DNA of 64,000 nucleotides from an uncultured Gemmatimonadales bacterium (GCA_963730915.1 CAVSTR010000004.1:215014-279013); one strand, 5' to 3'; shown: positions 9,926 to 20,718, counted from the first letter of the stretch. Translations and numbers: made by a program. Notes: a model not told the origin generated them from the letters alone.

Positions 9926-12098
9926 TCACGCTGGATAGTATCGGCCCCCCGAGCGCGCCATTTCGAGCAGAGAGGGAGCAGGACGGAACCGTTCGCCGAA
10001 CTGCTCCTGCAGCTGATAGAGGACCTCCACGACTCGGGACGCTCCCACGTCGTCGATCATCCTGAGCGGGCCGCCTCGAAATGCGGGAAAGCCGATGCCG
10101 AAGATGGCGCCGATGTCCGCGTCGCGTGGACTTCGCACCACCCGATCGGCGCAGGCCAACGCTGCCTCGTTGAGCATCGAATACACCAGACGCCGCTCGA
10201 CAAGATCTTCGTGCACGTCCTCACCCGGACGCACGCCGAGGAGGTGATAGACGCTCTTGTCCACTCCAGCTTTATGCCCGGCCTTGTAGACGTAGAACCC
10301 GCGGCCGTTCTTGCGGCCCAGCCGGGTGGCGCCAAGCATTCGCGGCAACACCGCTGCCGGCTTCATGCGGTCACCGAACGCCTCGTGCATCACGCTTCCC
10401 GCCTTCTGCGCTACATCGAGCCCCACCTCGTCGAGCAGCGCCACCGGTCCAACCGGAAAACCGAAGGCCGTCATCGTGCGATCGATCAGCTCGATACCCA
10501 CGCCTTCCTGCAGCAGGTATCCTGCCTCGTTGAGATAGGGCGAAAGGATGCGGTTCACCCAGAATCCCGGCCGATCCGCCACCACGATGACGGTCTTGCC
10601 CATCCGGCGTCCGAACCGGACGGCGGTCACGATGGTATCGGGCGTGGTCGCCTCGGTCGGAATCACCTCCAGCAACGGCATGCGTTCAACCGGCGAGAAG
10701 AAATGCATTCCGAGAACCCGGCCAGGGTGCCGAGCGCGGGCCGAAATCTGATGAATTGGAATGGTGGAGGTGTTGGTGGCGATGATCGCCTCGGGACGAA
10801 GCTCAGCTTCCAGCTCGGCCAGTACCTGCCGCTTGACCTCCAGCTCCTCGAAAACCGCCTCGATCACGAGATCGGCTCGCCCGAATCCCCGATAGTCCAC
10901 CGATCCTGACAGGAGAGCGCTCAGCCGCTCGTACTGCTGCTTCGTGATGCGGCGCCGGTCGAGGCGCTCCTTCAACAGGGACGTGGCCGCCTTCAGGCCT
11001 TTCCCGACCCGGACCAGGTCAGAGTCCTTGAGACGAGTATCAACCTCGACGTTCAGCACAGCGGTTCCAGCGATGCCCGAGCCCATGAATCCCGATCCGA
11101 CGATGCCCAGGCGCCGGATCTGCCGAGGAACCGCGGTGCCGGAGCGAACCCCGTCGTCTTTCTTGAGTGCGGTTGTGGCAAAGAAAATCTGCACCAGCTT
11201 GCGCGAGACATCGCCAACGGCGAGCTCGCCAAAGGCACGGTGCTCCTCGGCCAACCCCGCCGCGATTCCCTGCTCGAGGCCGACTTCGACGGCTCCGAGC
11301 GCCGCAAGCGGCGCCGGATAGTGGCCTCCCGTCTTCTTCAGTACTTGCTTCCGCGCTCCCCGATATACCAGGCGTCGCCCTGCCGAGGTGCCGTCGAGAA
11401 ACATGCCGGCAACGCCACCCTTGAGCTGGCGCTTCGGGAGGCCCTCACGAGCGAGTCGTTCGGCCGCGGCAACCGCGACCTGACGCAGTATGCTGGCGGG
11501 CACAACCTCATCGACGAGTCCCAGCCGGTACGCCTTCGACGCACGCTCGGTCTTTCCGGTCAGAATCATGTCCAGCGCGGCTCTCGCACCGATCAGGCGC
11601 GGCAGCCGTTGGCAGCCGCCTGCCCCCGGAATGAGTCCCAGCTGAACCTCAGGCAGACCGAGCACGGTCTTGGGATGGTCTGACGCGACCCGGTAGTGGC
11701 ACGCAAGAGCGACTTCGAGACCCCCACCAAGACAGGCGCCGTGAATGGCGGCGACAATCGGCTTCTGAAAGGTCTCCAGACGACTCACCGTCTCCTGGCC
11801 CTCGAAGCTGAGCCGTTCGGCCTCGGTCTGAGTCGTGATCGCGGTAAACTCCTCGATATCGGCACCGGCGATGAAGTTGTCGGGCTTGCCCGAGATGAGT
11901 ACAACGGCTCGTACCGCGCTGTCGTCGCGCAGGTGACTGAGCAGCGACTCCATCTCGGTCTTCACTGCCGGAGCTCAGCTTGTTGACCGGCTCACCCGGC
12001 AAGTTGAACGTGACGACGGCGATGCCGGTTTCGATGGTAGTGTTGAAGGCAGATCCGGTGGCAGATGTCGAGGGTCTAGGGTCTAGAGTCGAAGTCAA
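9926..12098 (-). CDS. fadJ: fatty-acid oxidation complex alpha subunit (enoyl-CoA hydratase / 3-hydroxyacyl-CoA dehydrogenase), one frameshift near 11966
   Basis: ORF 9926..11965 holds the crotonase part (FIAGADIEEF, AAIHGACLGGGLEVALACHYR) and the HAD part (LGIVGSGFMGSGIA). The N-terminus (IETGIAVVTFNLPGEPVNKLS) is in ORF 11649..12098, one base out of frame. The only upstream start is TTG at 12098, inside a repeat arm. Confidence 0.9.
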
Positions 12099-12173
12099 AG
12101 GCAGTCTCCTCCTGCGGGTGATGCATTGCGCACGCTGGTAGACCCTGGACCCTTGACCCTCGACTCTCGACTC
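12067..12173. repeat. palindromic tandem-repeat element (arms GTCGAGGGTCTAGGGTCTAGAGTC / GACCCTGGACCCTTGACCCTCGAC)
   Basis: The left arm 12067-12096 is nearly the reverse complement of the right arm 12140-12173. It lies between the fadI stop and the fadJ start. Confidence 0.7.
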
Positions 12174-12178
12174 ATCCC

Positions 12179-13474
12179 CTATCTCCGTTCCAATACCATC
12201 GCGTACCCCATCCCACCCTGAGCGCAGATAGACAGCAGGCCGAACTGCACGTCTCGACGCTCCATCTCGTTCGCGAGGGTAGTCACGAGCCGGGCGCCAG
12301 TGGCGGCAAATGGATGCCCGATGGCGATGGAGCCCCCCGCGAGGTTCGTTCGGTCCCAGTCCACCTCACCCACCGGTGCGGGCAGGCCGAGCCGATCGGC
12401 CCAAGCCTGCGAGCCCCACGCCTGCACGTTGGAGAGTACCTGGGCCGCGAAGGCCTCATGTATCTCGACCAGACCGAGATCTTTCCAGGTGATCTCCGCT
12501 CGCTCCAGTGCTTTCGGTACCGCAAACACCGGACCCATCAGAAGCTGCCAGCCGGGGTCCACCGCGCTCACTGCGTAGCTGCGAATGAAGGCGAGAGGCT
12601 TGTGCCCGAGCGCCTTGGCCTTCTCTTCGGCCATGAGAAGCACCGCAGCTGCGCCATCGGTCAGGGGCGACGAGTTCCCCGCGGTGACGGTCCCGTACTT
12701 CCGGTCGAACACCGGCTTCAGCTTCGCCAGTGCGTCCATCGACGTGTCGGCTCTGACGCCGTTGTCGCCGGTGATGACCTGATCCATGTCGGGACCGCTG
12801 AACCAGGGAGCGATCTCGGCGGTGAGTCGCCCGTTGGCTGTTGCTGCCGCCGCACGTTGATGACTCATGAGCGCGAGACGGTCCTGCTCCTCCCGTGAGA
12901 TTCCGTTTTCCTTGGCCATCTTCTCCGCCGACTGTCCCATGCTCTCGCCGGTGGAGGGCTCCGCAATCGCCGGGGTCACCGGCACGAGGTCCCGGGGACG
13001 TACCCGGCCGATGGCCGACACCCGGCCGCCGAAGCTCCGCGCCTTGCTGGCCTCTACCAGGACGCGGCTGAACCGTCGTGAATGCAGAATAGGAATGTCA
13101 GACAATGACTCCACCCCGCCGGCGATGATGGCGTCGGCGTGGCCCAGCAGGATCTGGTCGGCTGCATTATTGATCGCCTGGGCCGCAGATGCGCAGGCGC
13201 GGTTCAGAGTGTAGGCAGGAACGCTGGGGGGGAGTTGCGGGAGCAGGCTTACCTCGCGCGCCACGTTCGGCGTGACGGCGGAGGGCACCACCTGGCTGAA
13301 CACGACTTCGTCGATCTCACGCCCGTCGACCCCGCTGCGGTAGAGCAGCTCCCGGCCCGCATGACGTGCCAGCGCAACCGCCGAGACATCACGAAAGACG
13401 GTGCCACTCTTGGCAAAGGGGGTCCGGACGCCGGCGATAACAGCGACGCGCCGTCCGCGGCGCGAGTCAAGCAT
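12179..13474 (-). CDS. fadI: acetyl-CoA C-acyltransferase (3-ketoacyl-CoA thiolase), FadI-like
   Basis: From internal Met MLDSRRGRRVAVIAGVRTPFAKSG. LNRACASAAQA (active Cys), NSSPLTDGAAAVLLM, GSIAIGHPFAATGARL, ICAQGGMG. Collinear with E. coli FadI as I remember it, and upstream of fadJ as in the fadIJ operon. Confidence 0.9.
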   Translation of the reverse strand: MLDSRRGRRVAVIAGVRTPFAKSGTVFRDVSAVALARHAGRELLYRSGVDGREIDEVVFSQVVPSAVTPNVAREVSLLPQLPPSVPAYTLNRACASAAQAINNAADQILLGHADAIIAGGVESLSDIPILHSRRFSRVLVEASKARSFGGRVSAIGRVRPRDLVPVTPAIAEPSTGESMGQSAEKMAKENGISREEQDRLALMSHQRAAAATANGRLTAEIAPWFSGPDMDQVITGDNGVRADTSMDALAKLKPVFDRKYGTVTAGNSSPLTDGAAAVLLMAEEKAKALGHKPLAFIRSYAVSAVDPGWQLLMGPVFAVPKALERAEITWKDLGLVEIHEAFAAQVLSNVQAWGSQAWADRLGLPAPVGEVDWDRTNLAGGSIAIGHPFAATGARLVTTLANEMERRDVQFGLLSICAQGGMGYAMVLERR

Positions 13475-13519
13475 ACGACTCCGGGTAGAAGTACACGCGG
13501 CCCTTCCCCTTCTCACCTC

Positions 13520-14119
13520 TCACTTCTTACTTCTTACTGCAATGACACTCGCAACAGCCCGCCATCGTTCGGCGTCTACGGTTTCGAACACCTCGCGCCC
13601 ATGCACCACCCTCAGCGGCGCAACCAGGCGGGACAGCTCGCCCGGTCGCAGGAGATGCCGCTCGGATGTCGGGCCCCAGCCCGCCTCTCGCTGCGCCTCG
13701 AGAAACGTCTCCATCATGAGCCGGCCGCCAGGTGCGACCAGCCCGAGAATTTTGGGCATGCTGGCTCGGTCAAGATAATTGAACACCAGGACTGCATCAA
13801 AACTGCCTAGATCCGGCCAAGGACCCTCGAGGTCCATTTCGAGCCATTCGACCGTAAGACCTGCGGCGGCGGCACGATCCTTCGCCAACGCCAGCTTGGC
13901 GGGATCACGATCCACTCCGGTGACGCGTGCGCCCAGCGCCGCAGCCGCCAGGCTGTGGCGGCCCGCACCACACGCCAGGTCGAGCACCCTTGCACCCGCG
14001 CGGATGAAATGAGTATGCCAGACAAACCAGGTGCTGGGCCGGGCAGCACCCGCGATGGAACCCAGGGTCAGGGAAAGCGGTCCGCGGACCGGGCCACTCT
14101 GGGACAGCTCACGTTGCAA
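13520..14119 (-). CDS. class I SAM-dependent methyltransferase
   Basis: ORF 13520..14119: motif I VLDLACGAGRHS, then DAVLVFNYL and APGGRLMM. The start is uncertain (TTG at 14119). Confidence 0.75.
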   Translation of the reverse strand: MQRELSQSGPVRGPLSLTLGSIAGAARPSTWFVWHTHFIRAGARVLDLACGAGRHSLAAAALGARVTGVDRDPAKLALAKDRAAAAGLTVEWLEMDLEGPWPDLGSFDAVLVFNYLDRASMPKILGLVAPGGRLMMETFLEAQREAGWGPTSERHLLRPGELSRLVAPLRVVHGREVFETVDAERWRAVASVIAVRSKK

Positions 14120-15715
14120 CCGGCAGATCTCCTGGTCATCGGTGGTGGGATCAATGGGGCGGGGATCGCTCGGGACGCGGCGATGCGCGGACTCCGAACC
14201 ATCCTCGTGGAGCAGAACGACCTCGGGTCAGGCACCAGCTCACGCTCCAGCCGGCTCATTCACGGCGGTCTCCGGTACCTGGAGCAGGGCGAATTCGGGA
14301 TGGTGCTCGAAGCAAACCGCGAGCGCCGCACACTCCAGCGCATCGCTCCTCACCTGGTGTGGGCGCTTCCTTTCGTCTTCCCAGTGCACCGGGGCGATCG
14401 CGTCACTCGCTGGCGCCTGGCCGCGGGCATGCTGCTCTATGATGCCCTCGCGCTGTTCCGCAATGTGAGGGTACACCGGATGCTCGGCAAGCGCGGGATG
14501 CTCGAGGCCGAGCCCATGCTGCGGGATCGAGGGCTTCTCGGCGGCGCCCGCTACTACGATGCCCAATGCGACGACGCGCGACTGGTGGTGGCAACGGCTC
14601 GATCCGCCATCCATCACGGAGCGCTGGTCTCGAACTATATGGCGGTCACCGGTCTGGAGCGCACCGCAGGAAGAGTGGTGGGGGCACAGCTCGAGGATCG
14701 ACTCACCGGAGAACGCGGGGTGATTCGCGCGAGCGTGGTGGTGAACGCCAGTGGCCCCTGGGCCGATCAGGTCCGTCGGCTCGAGGACGCGGGAGCCGCA
14801 CCGCTGCTTCAGCCCACCAAGGGCGTTCACGTGGTGGTGGACCGGGACCGCATCGATCACCGGGAGGCGGTGGCCTTCACCAGCCCCATAGACGGCCGGG
14901 TCATGTTCGTCCTCCCGTGGGGGGACCTTTCCTACATAGGAACGACCGACACCGATACATCCGAACCACCGGATGACCTTCGGGTCACCGGCGACGACAT
15001 CGTGTATCTGCTTCGGTCGGTGAACTCTCGTTTCCCCAGCGCCCGGCTGGGTGTCGAGGATGTACGAGCATCCTGGGCCGGGCTGCGACCACTGCTGGTA
15101 GATCGCGCCGGGCAATTCACCTCCAGGCGCTCCCGGGAGCACGAGATCGTCCACGGGTCCGGTGGAATGCTCACGCTGGTTGGCGGCAAACTCACGACCT
15201 ACCGCTCCATGGCTGCGGAGGTGGTGGATCATGCCATGCGCGAGCTGCGCCACCGGGATGGACGCCCACGGCACGGAGAGGCCCGGACCGACATGGAGCC
15301 GTTACCTGGCGGCGAAACCGCCGATCTCAGCCAGTTTCGTGATCGCGGACTGGAGCTGGGCATACCCGCGGTCAGCATCGAGCATCTGCTGCGGCACTAC
15401 GGCACCGAGTCGGCGGGCATTTTCAATCTTGGCGGAGCGGACCGCCGGCTATTCCGGCGCCTGGTTCCGGATCATCCCGCGATCGAGGCGGAAGTGGTGC
15501 ACGCGGTGAGGAGAGAGCTGGCGCAAACCGTGGAGGACGTCCTGGTCCGCCGCTTTCATCAGTACTACGAGCAGGTCGAGCACGGCGCACCAGCGGCGCA
15601 CCGGGTGGCCGAACTGATGGGCGAGGAGCTCGGATGGGTCGAGGCCAGGGTGGATGCCGAAGCCGAGCGATATCTCGCGTTTGTATCCGAAGGCGGGCGA
15701 GCGGCTGCTATCTGA
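13955..15715 (+). CDS. glpD: FAD-dependent glycerol-3-phosphate dehydrogenase
   Basis: DLLVIGGGINGAGIARDAAMRGL...GTSSRSSRLIHGGLRYLEQGEF is the typical GlpD N-terminus. The true start is probably later (ATG 14009/14015 or TTG 14114), because the first codons overlap the divergent methyltransferase. Confidence 0.85.
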   Translation: MAARTTRQVEHPCTRADEMSMPDKPGAGPGSTRDGTQGQGKRSADRATLGQLTLQPADLLVIGGGINGAGIARDAAMRGLRTILVEQNDLGSGTSSRSSRLIHGGLRYLEQGEFGMVLEANRERRTLQRIAPHLVWALPFVFPVHRGDRVTRWRLAAGMLLYDALALFRNVRVHRMLGKRGMLEAEPMLRDRGLLGGARYYDAQCDDARLVVATARSAIHHGALVSNYMAVTGLERTAGRVVGAQLEDRLTGERGVIRASVVVNASGPWADQVRRLEDAGAAPLLQPTKGVHVVVDRDRIDHREAVAFTSPIDGRVMFVLPWGDLSYIGTTDTDTSEPPDDLRVTGDDIVYLLRSVNSRFPSARLGVEDVRASWAGLRPLLVDRAGQFTSRRSREHEIVHGSGGMLTLVGGKLTTYRSMAAEVVDHAMRELRHRDGRPRHGEARTDMEPLPGGETADLSQFRDRGLELGIPAVSIEHLLRHYGTESAGIFNLGGADRRLFRRLVPDHPAIEAEVVHAVRRELAQTVEDVLVRRFHQYYEQVEHGAPAAHRVAELMGEELGWVEARVDAEAERYLAFVSEGGRAAAI

Positions 15716-16714
15716 CGACGATACGCCCTCTCATACCCGAGCTAGCCGACCCGTGTAGCGAGCAGTAGTAGATGTACGTACCAGCTGTGGCAAAATTCAC
15801 GGTGTATGGTTGGCAGGGATCGGCGCTACAGTGCCCAGGCCGGTGAAGGTGGGTGGAACGTCCGACGTGATGTTGTGTGAGGCCGCGACCGATGCGGCCC
15901 ATGTCCAGGTGACACTGCCTCCTACAGCCACTGTATCAACCGCAGCGTTCGTGGTCATGTTCCGTACGCTGAGGAAATTGTTGTCCCGTACTGTGACGGC
16001 GGCGGTCGCCGGAATCGGCTCCGCCTCCACGGCCGTGGCAGTGAACGTCACTGGAGACCCGCCGAGTCCGACACTCGCCGCCGTGATTGTAATCGGACCG
16101 GGAGTCCCGCCCAGCGTGACGGTAACATCGGACACTCCGCTGGCGTCGGTCTCGTCGGTGGCAGCAGAGAGCGTCGCGCCTGTGGCCGCCCAGCTCACGG
16201 TCACACCAGCGACCGCATTCCCGAATCCATCCGTTACGATCGCCGCGAGCGGCTGAGCGAGAGCGGTGTTGATCTCGACCCGTCTGTCCATTTCCACTGG
16301 CGTCCTCCAACGCAGCCGCATCCCCGGCAACAGCAGTGGCATTGAAGGTCGCCGGCGATCCCGTCGCGCCGCTCACTGTGGCGGTTGCCGTTTGCGCGCC
16401 CGGCGGTCGTCCCCAGCATCCAGTTGGTGCTTGCGATTCCATTGGCGTCGGTTACTGCCGAGGTGGGGACCAGCGAGCCGGCGGGGGCAGCGGTGGCCCA
16501 GGTGACGGTCACGCCCGGCGCTGGCAGCCTCGTTCAGGGTCACCGCGACCTGAAGCGGTTCCGCCAGTACCTCACCGACCCTGCCCTGCTGTTCGTCACC
16601 CGAGGTCTTCTCCACGGCGGTGACGTCCCCCGGCGGCGGCTCGCTGCCGCCACCACCGCACCCGATCACCAGCATCGTTGTTGCCATGAGCACTGCGGAG
16701 TATGGCTTGGGCAT
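15708..16714 (-). pseudogene. lipoprotein with Ig-like repeats and a C-terminal cupredoxin (type-1 copper) domain, broken by about 4 frameshifts
   Basis: Five minus-strand ORFs join into one protein. MPKPYSAVLMATTMLVIGCGGGG (lipobox) runs into Ig-like repeats (GDEQQGRVGEVLAEPLQVAVT; VTVTWATAA..SAVTDANGIAS; ATFNATAVAG; PLAAIVTDGFGNAVAGVTVSW...). It ends in ASHNITSD...YTVNFATAGTYIYYCSLHGSASSGMRGRIVV, giving H...C..H....M copper ligands. Confidence 0.75.
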
Positions 16715-16845
16715 GGAAGCCTCGGCAGACGTAGTCGTTAGGTCGGATTTACTAGAATACGGCCCGGTAAGGGACTCGCAAGAGCCCTAATTTCGCTGCG
16801 CTCCTTCGACCCCGCCGTTATCTTTCTTACATCTTCCCAGTCGAG

Positions 16846-19800
16846 TTGAGGCTCGTGGATCCAAACGTGTTCGAGACGGCCAACGCTGGCTTCGCGCAGG
16901 CGATGTACGAAGAATTCCTCCGCGACCCGGCCGCCGTCGGCCCGGAGTGGCGCCGCCTGTTCGAGAGCGGGGTTGTGGGGGAGAACGGAAGCGGGGCCGT
17001 GGGGCCGCGGGGCAGCGGCGCAGACGGACACGTACTACCCACAAGGTCCTCAGAGCCTGAACGCCTTGCAACTGCCCCGCTGCCCCGCAGCCCCGCTGAG
17101 AACCCGCCCCGCGGTCCCGCTTCCTCTGCCTCGGGCGCCAGCCCGATCAAGGGCCCCGCCGCCAGGCTCGTCGCCAACATGAACGAGAGCCTGATGGTTC
17201 CTACCGCAACGACGTTCCGCGAGCTGCCCGTCGCGGTGCTCGAGGACCGCCGGCGCAGTCTCAATGCAGCGTTGAAGAGTAGCAACCGGCCCGAAAAGAT
17301 CTCATTCACCCATCTGATCGCGTACGCCATCGTTCAAGCCACTCGGCAGCACCCGGTCATGGGGCACACCCTGCTGATGCGGGATGGAGTTCCGCACCGG
17401 GTGGAGCCTCAGGGCATCGCACTCGGTCTGGCCGTCGACGTTCAGCGTAAGGATGGCAGTCGCGGGCTGGTGGTGCCGGTCATCAAGGGCGCGGAGAACC
17501 TGGACTTCGGCGGTTTCTATGCCGCCTACGAATCACTGGTGGAGAAGGCGCGCAGCAACAAACTGATGCCCGATGATTTCGCGGGCGCCACGATGTCGCT
17601 GACGAACCCGGGCGGACTCGGGACCGTGGCTTCGGTTCCGCGCCTGATGGCGGGCCAGGGGAGCATCATCGCGGTAGGTGCCATCGGACATCCTGCGGAA
17701 TTCTCGAATCTTGCCGACGACCGGCTGCGTGAGATCGGGATCGTCAAAGTCATGACGATCACCAGCACCTACGATCATCGCGTCATCCAGGGAGCCGAAT
17801 CGGGCGCCTTCCTCGGCACCGTCGACCGGCTGCTGCAGGGCGAAGACGGTTTTTACGACCGAGTTGCGGAGAGCCTGAAGCTGAAGCTCGGAAGCCAGGC
17901 CGTGGCCCAGCAGCCTCGCGGCCCGAGGACACTGGAGCCGGTGGCGCCCGAAATGCTGTCCCACGTGGCGGCGGCAATGGCGCTGATCAAGGCGTTTCGC
18001 ATGCACGGACACCTGGCGGCGCGGCTCGATCCGCTCGGAACCGATCCAATCGGCGACCCGGCGCTCGACCCCGCACCTCTCGGTCTCACGCCCGAGATCA
18101 TGGCATCCATACCATCGAAGGTTCTCCGGATTGCGGTGCCTGGAGGTACCCTCGCGGAGTCCCTTCCATATCTGCAGGCCACCTACTGCGGGACCATGGC
18201 CTACGAGATCGAGCACATCTCGACCCATGAAGAGCGGGTCTGGCTTCGCGAAAAGATCGAATCCGGCGCCTACCGCCAGCCGCTCCCACCGGCCGAACAG
18301 CGACAACTGCTCCAGCGTCTCACCCAGGTCGAGACCCTCGAGCGTTTTCTCCACAAGGCGTACCTCGGGCAGAAGCGATTCTCGATCGAAGGCGTGGACA
18401 TGCTGGTTCCCATGCTCGACCTGACCATCGAGAGCGCGGCGGAATCGGGAGCCCGGGACGTCGTCATCGGGATGGCGCACCGGGGGCGTCTCAATGTCCT
18501 TGCCCATACGGTGGGTCGTCCGTACGAGACCATCTTCGCCGAGTTCGAGGGGGGCCGGCAGGTAGAAGGCGGACTGCCGACGCCAGAGGGAGGCACCGGG
18601 GATGTGAAGTATCACCATGGTGCCGAGGGAGCCTACAAGACGTCGAACGGAAAGGCGATCACCGTCAGCTTGTCGCCCAATCCGAGCCACCTCGAGTACG
18701 TATCACCGGTCGTGGACGGTCGCGCACGCGCGAAGCAGACACAGCGGCGGGGACGTGAGCCGCACCACGATCCAACGGCGGCCCTGCCGGTGGCGATTCA
18801 CGGCGATGCCGCGTTTGCAGGTCAGGGCGTGGTGGCAGAGACGCTCAACCTCGGCGCCCTCAAAGGGTATCGCACCGGCGGAACTCTGCATCTGATCACC
18901 AACAACCAGGTCGGTTTCACCACCGACATGGAGGATGCCCGCTCCACCCGCTACGCCTCGGATCTGGCGAAGGGTTTCGACATCCCGATCATCCACGTGA
19001 ATGCCGATGACGCCGAAGCGTGTCTCTCCGCCGTTCGGCTGGCCATGGCATACCGCGACCGCTTCCACCAGGACGTCGTGATCGATCTCGTGGGATACCG
19101 GAGACACGGACACAACGAGGGCGACGAGCCGGCGTACACGCAGCCGTTGATGTACGAGCGTATCAAGAACCTGCCCACGGTGCGTGAAGAGTACGCCCGG
19201 TACCTCATCGAGTCCGGTGCGCTCACCGAGCAGGAAGCGACCACGGAGGCGGAGCAGGCCTATCAGCGTCTGGTCGACATTCAGCAGGCCTTCAAATCCA
19301 GCATGGCCAGGACTCCGACTCAGGAGCGCCAGGTACGGCTCAGTGGGGCAGGGCAGGAGATCGACACCTCTCTCAGTCCCGAGTTCCTGACGGCACTCAA
19401 CGATCAGCTGCACAGCTGGCCCGAAGGATTCGCCGTGCATCCGAAGCTCAAGAAGCAGCTCGAGCGGCGGCGGGCGGCATTCAATCCTGACGGCGGAATC
19501 GAATGGGCTCACGCCGAGGCGCTTGCTCTCGGTTCACTCCTGACTGAAGGTGTTCCGATCCGCTTCACCGGCCAGGACACGGAGCGGGGGACCTTCAGCC
19601 AACGGCATCTCGTGCTGCACGACGTCAATACGGGCGCGACGCTGGCTCCGATCAGCAACCTTCCCGGCGCCCTGGCCCCCATGGAGCTGCACAACAGCCC
19701 GCTCTCAGAGCTGGCGACGCTCGGCTTCGAGTACGGGTACAGCGTCGCGGCGCCCGAGACACTGGTTCTGTGGGAGGCGCAGTTCGGGGATTTCATCAAC

Positions 19801-20590
19801 GCCGCTCAGGTCATCATCGATCAGTTCATCTCCGCCGGTCTGGCAAAGTGGGGACTGACGACCCGGCTGACATTGCTGCTTCCGCATGGATACGAGGGCC
19901 AGGGTCCGGAGCATTCGAGCGCCCGGATGGCGCGCTTCCTCCACCTGGCGGCCGAGGGGAATATCAGGATCGTCAACTGCACGACTCCAGCGCAGTACTT
20001 CCATCTGCTGCGTCGTCAGGCCAAGCGCTCCCGGCAGCGGCCGCTGATTCTGTTCACTCCCAAGAGCCTGCTGCGCCATCCCCTGGCGACGTCCAAACTG
20101 GAGGATCTCACGCAGCGGACAGTTCCGGCCGGTTATCGATGATGCGTATTATGCCGAAAAACCCGACCGGGCTCGCCGGGTGCTGATGTGCACCGGAAAG
20201 GTGTATTACGACCTGCTGCCCGAGGCAGAGAAGCTGGGCGCAGACCGGCCGGCCATTATCCGGCTGGAACAGCTGTATACCTTCCCCTGGAACGAGCTGC
20301 GCGAGGTTCTACCCCGATACAGCAAGGCAACAGAGCTGATCTGGGTGCAGGAGGAGCCGCTCAACATGGGCCCCTGGAGATATCTGGAGGCAAAGCTGCG
20401 CGAGCTGCTGTCCGAAGGGCACCCGATGCAGCTCCACTACGTGGGACGTCCCGAGCGGGCTAGTCCCGCAGAGGGGTACCCCGCTGCCCACCTGGCAGAG
20501 CAGAGTCGAATCGTACGGGAATCACTGGGAGCCGGAACGGGACAGGCCGCGGTGGCGACGACGGCCAAAGCCGGTGAGGGTCAGGGGTAG
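16846..20590 (+). CDS. sucA: 2-oxoglutarate dehydrogenase E1 fused to an N-terminal E2-type acyltransferase domain (Kgd/OdhA type), one frameshift near 20115
   Basis: ORF 16846..20142: acyltransferase core (FTHLIAYAIVQA...TITSTYDHRVIQGAESGAF), then the E1o ThDP domains (RFSIEGVD...GMAHRGRLNVLA...HGDAAFAGQGVV...LLPHGYEGQGPEHSSAR). The C-terminal 135 aa are in ORF 20180..20590 (VLMCTGKVYYDL...WVQEEPLNMGPW). Confidence 0.9.
16987..17124. repeat. palindromic tandem-repeat element inside the sucA/kgd linker coding region
   Basis: The left arm GGAAGCGGGGCCGTGGGGCCGCGGGGCAGCGG (16987-17018) is roughly the reverse complement of the right arm CTGCCCCGCTGCCCCGCAGCCCCGC...CCGCGGTCCCGCTTCC (17072-17124). 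It is translated as the low-complexity linker GSGAVGPRGSGA...APLPRSPAENPPRGPAS. Confidence 0.6.
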
Positions 20591-20596
20591 GGACAG

Positions 20597-20718
20597 GGGC
20601 GGTATAGAGGAGGCGGAATAAGAGAGGCGGTAGGTACAGAGGCGGAAACGAAAGAGGCGGTAGGCACGGGGGCGGTATTCCGCCGCGTCACCTTCCGCCT
20701 CTTCACCTTCCGCCTCTT
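20597..20718. repeat. palindromic tandem-repeat element (GAGGCGG(T/A)A units vs CCTTCCGCCTCTT units)
   Basis: Six GAGGCGG-type units at 20597-20676, a small hairpin GGCGGTATTCCGCC, then CACCTTCCGCCTCTT x2. It sits between convergent sucA and the HNH gene. Confidence 0.65.

Noticed and set aside
20597-20718. Possibility that the short tandem repeats are CRISPR arrays
   Set aside because: The units are 7-14 nt, directly abutting with no unique spacers of about 30 nt. They come as inverted arm pairs, and there are no cas genes in the window.
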